A stretch of 29,457 bases of DNA from Candidatus Hodarchaeota archaeon (GTDB taxonomy: Archaea; Asgardarchaeota; Lokiarchaeia; Sigyniarchaeales; SOKP01): positions 1-29,457 of the forward strand of contig JBHLKM010000029.1 in NCBI GenBank assembly GCA_048886685.1, read 5' to 3'. Made by a program: the position numbers and the translations under genes. Positions 27,712-29,457 of this stretch are shown piece after piece. The notes under the pieces were generated by a model that did not search any database, was not told the DNA's origin, and saw only the letters and a program-made list of their open reading frames with translations. Positions within the stretch are counted from its first letter, which is position 1. Every line of letters begins with the position of its first letter.

Positions 27712-28752
27712 TTGAAAAGTGAAAGTATTCATGTTGTTAAGTCAATCTTTGAAGACCCTGTAAATTTTCTTAAATTAGGAAACCCTCAAGTTTATGAGAA
27801 TATGGCTGTTATCCCTCTCATTATTCAAGATGATAAGTTTATAGAGTTCATTAGTATAAAGGAAGCCGAAGAATTAGAATTAGTTGAAATTGTTGAAACT
27901 GACACAGTTAATCAGTTAGAAGTTATTAATAAAAGTAATAAACAGATATTAATTCCATTTGGGATGACTGTAAAGGGTGGTAAACAAGACAGAACAATTT
28001 GGGAGCCGATTTTGTTACCCGCAGGTGGAAAGCAAAATATTTTCAGGCAAAATAACAGAACATTCAGTCAAAAATACACAATTCCCGCTAAATGCATAGA
28101 ACAGTCAAGATGGAACTATATTGGCGGTCGCGGATTCAAATCTGCAAAAATGAGGCTTCACCCTAATGTTGCATATGAAGCTATTTCCGCAGGGGGTCAA
28201 AGCGCTGTATGGAACGAAATTCAGTCTCACAGATCTGAGATGAATTACGCAATGAGTATAGCTCCAACACAAAGTTATCTTGAAATGACAAAAAATTCTG
28301 AGAAAGAAGTAGAAAAAATAGTGAAAAATTTTGAGAATATCCAAAACCAATGTGGGATTGCTGTGTTTATAAATGGTGAATGTATCGGCTTAGAATTTTA
28401 CGCTAACTCACAAGCATGGAAAACTATGAGCCATGATATTTTAAAAGCATTCTCAATTGAAGCTTTAAGATTTAAGGATGAAGCTCAGAAAACTAATAAA
28501 ATCGATTATCACTTTGATTTTATTAACACCTTGCTTAATATTAACTGCAAATTTACTGAGAGAGTTGGTGTTGGACTAGGAAATGTAGTAGAATTCAATT
28601 CTAATGATAACAAGTGGCGAGGAATTACACTAGTCCATGATGGTATCATGGCACAATTCTATCTTGTCTCAAAACGAGGAGGATATCAAGCTCAATACCA
28701 AAACCGATCAAACTTACAATTTCAAACTATTATAAATCAAAGATACACCTAA
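27712..28752 (+). CDS. ARPP-1 (DUF6569-like) domain protein
   Basis: YENMAVIPL, E...VNQLEVINKS, G..VKGGKQDRTI, CIEQSRW, QSAVWNEI, QCGIAVFING...GLEFY, GVGLG; TTG start 2 bp after the HTH gene stop. Family recognised from memory. Confidence 0.75.
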   Translation: MKSESIHVVKSIFEDPVNFLKLGNPQVYENMAVIPLIIQDDKFIEFISIKEAEELELVEIVETDTVNQLEVINKSNKQILIPFGMTVKGGKQDRTIWEPILLPAGGKQNIFRQNNRTFSQKYTIPAKCIEQSRWNYIGGRGFKSAKMRLHPNVAYEAISAGGQSAVWNEIQSHRSEMNYAMSIAPTQSYLEMTKNSEKEVEKIVKNFENIQNQCGIAVFINGECIGLEFYANSQAWKTMSHDILKAFSIEALRFKDEAQKTNKIDYHFDFINTLLNINCKFTERVGVGLGNVVEFNSNDNKWRGITLVHDGIMAQFYLVSKRGGYQAQYQNRSNLQFQTIINQRYT

Positions 28753-28778
28753 TGAAATATTAATAAATTTGTTTTTTT

Positions 28779-29387
28779 TTACTTATTTAATTTTTTCTTC
28801 TCTAATTTATCTGCTGATCTTGAGATCAATAAACCTAATATTATTCCAATTATAAATGGAATTATTACTTGAAGCCAGAATAATTCAATCGGTAATAAAT
28901 ACCTAGGTGGCTCATGTTGCTCATTTGGTGGTATTGTTCTTAAATAATAAGAAAAAGCAGAAGTAACCCAGAGATAGGACCAACCTAAGAATGTAGCAAT
29001 TCCTAACCATTTAGCATGTTTATAAATATAAGATTTCTTAAAATAAGATGCGTAGGTCTTCCAAACAATTATAACCAATATGGCAAAATTAGGCCATACA
29101 TGGAAGTTATAACTTATATCTGTTCCTTCGAAAGGTGGCTCACCAAAAAAAATACCTCCCAAAAAACCTACCATACCTGCAAATAATCCTAGAAAATATA
29201 AAGTTGTAGCAAAACTTCCAAAAGCCCGGTGTGATCTGAATAAAATGTCGTTGGTCTTTAAAAGAGCTTTTTTTTTTTTATAATAAAAAGCATATGCTCC
29301 TGTAAAGGCTTGTACGGTTGCACATAAGCATCCTAACATTGTTATGATAGTATTGAATTCTGCTACAGAGTATGTAAGTCCTGCCAT
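28779..29387 (-). CDS. Hypothetical integral membrane protein (about 5 TM), possibly cytochrome b561-like
   Basis: Hydrophobic helices with His near helix starts (RSHRAFG, NFHVWP, KHAKWLG). Confidence 0.75.
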   Translation of the reverse strand: MAGLTYSVAEFNTIITMLGCLCATVQAFTGAYAFYYKKKKALLKTNDILFRSHRAFGSFATTLYFLGLFAGMVGFLGGIFFGEPPFEGTDISYNFHVWPNFAILVIIVWKTYASYFKKSYIYKHAKWLGIATFLGWSYLWVTSAFSYYLRTIPPNEQHEPPRYLLPIELFWLQVIIPFIIGIILGLLISRSADKLEKKKLNK

Positions 29388-29457
29388 TATTAATCAAAAT
29401 TTAGAGTAATTAATTTTGTTTATATTTTTTCATCTAAAAAAGTTATTGTATGTACTC

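Noticed and set aside
267-28350. Short overlapping or antisense ORFs in the track (267-470, 2959-3171, 3086-3346, 4068-4331, 4637-4855, 4962-5171, 5489-5725, 5541-5783, 5597-5890, 9715-9918, 10045-10227, 12659-12844, 17001-17213, 19217-19405, 20326-20547, 21144-21404, 22292-22519, 23690-23929, 26553-26879, 27042-27254, 28105-28350)
   Set aside because: Shadow frames of well-supported genes, with no motifs of their own.
1-29457. tRNA/rRNA genes, transposases, integrases, prophage
   Set aside because: No GC-rich structured RNA segments or mobile-element motifs were seen, and composition looks uniform.

Overview
AT-rich (roughly 30% GC by eye), gene-dense archaeal chromosomal segment. It is most likely from an Asgard archaeon of the Lokiarchaeia type, judged from a gelsolin-domain protein, a Rab-like small GTPase without a prenylation tail, tandem membrane proteins with cytoplasmic longin-like tails, and many zinc-ribbon proteins. 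About 30 CDSs; I saw no tRNA, rRNA, CRISPR array or transposase. The standout is a two-gene locus at 3781-5814. A class I SAM-dependent methyltransferase is fused N-terminally to a complete HgcA-type corrinoid/membrane protein (variant cap helix NVWCAARG), and an HgcB-type 2x[4Fe-4S] ferredoxin with a C-terminal Cys-Cys follows immediately. This looks like a self-contained SAM-to-cobalamin-to-metal(loid) methylation module. Other notable items: a flavodoxin interrupted by an in-frame TGA in its FMN loop, a divergent pair of RNase J-like beta-CASP paralogs, an orphan type III Mod-like DNA methyltransferase preceded by palindromes, a Zn-ribbon/ArsR-HTH/ARPP-1 (DUF6569-like) operon, an unannotated 52-aa ORF, and a tandem palindromic operator-like repeat upstream of a cupin. 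All family assignments are by motif recognition, not database search.
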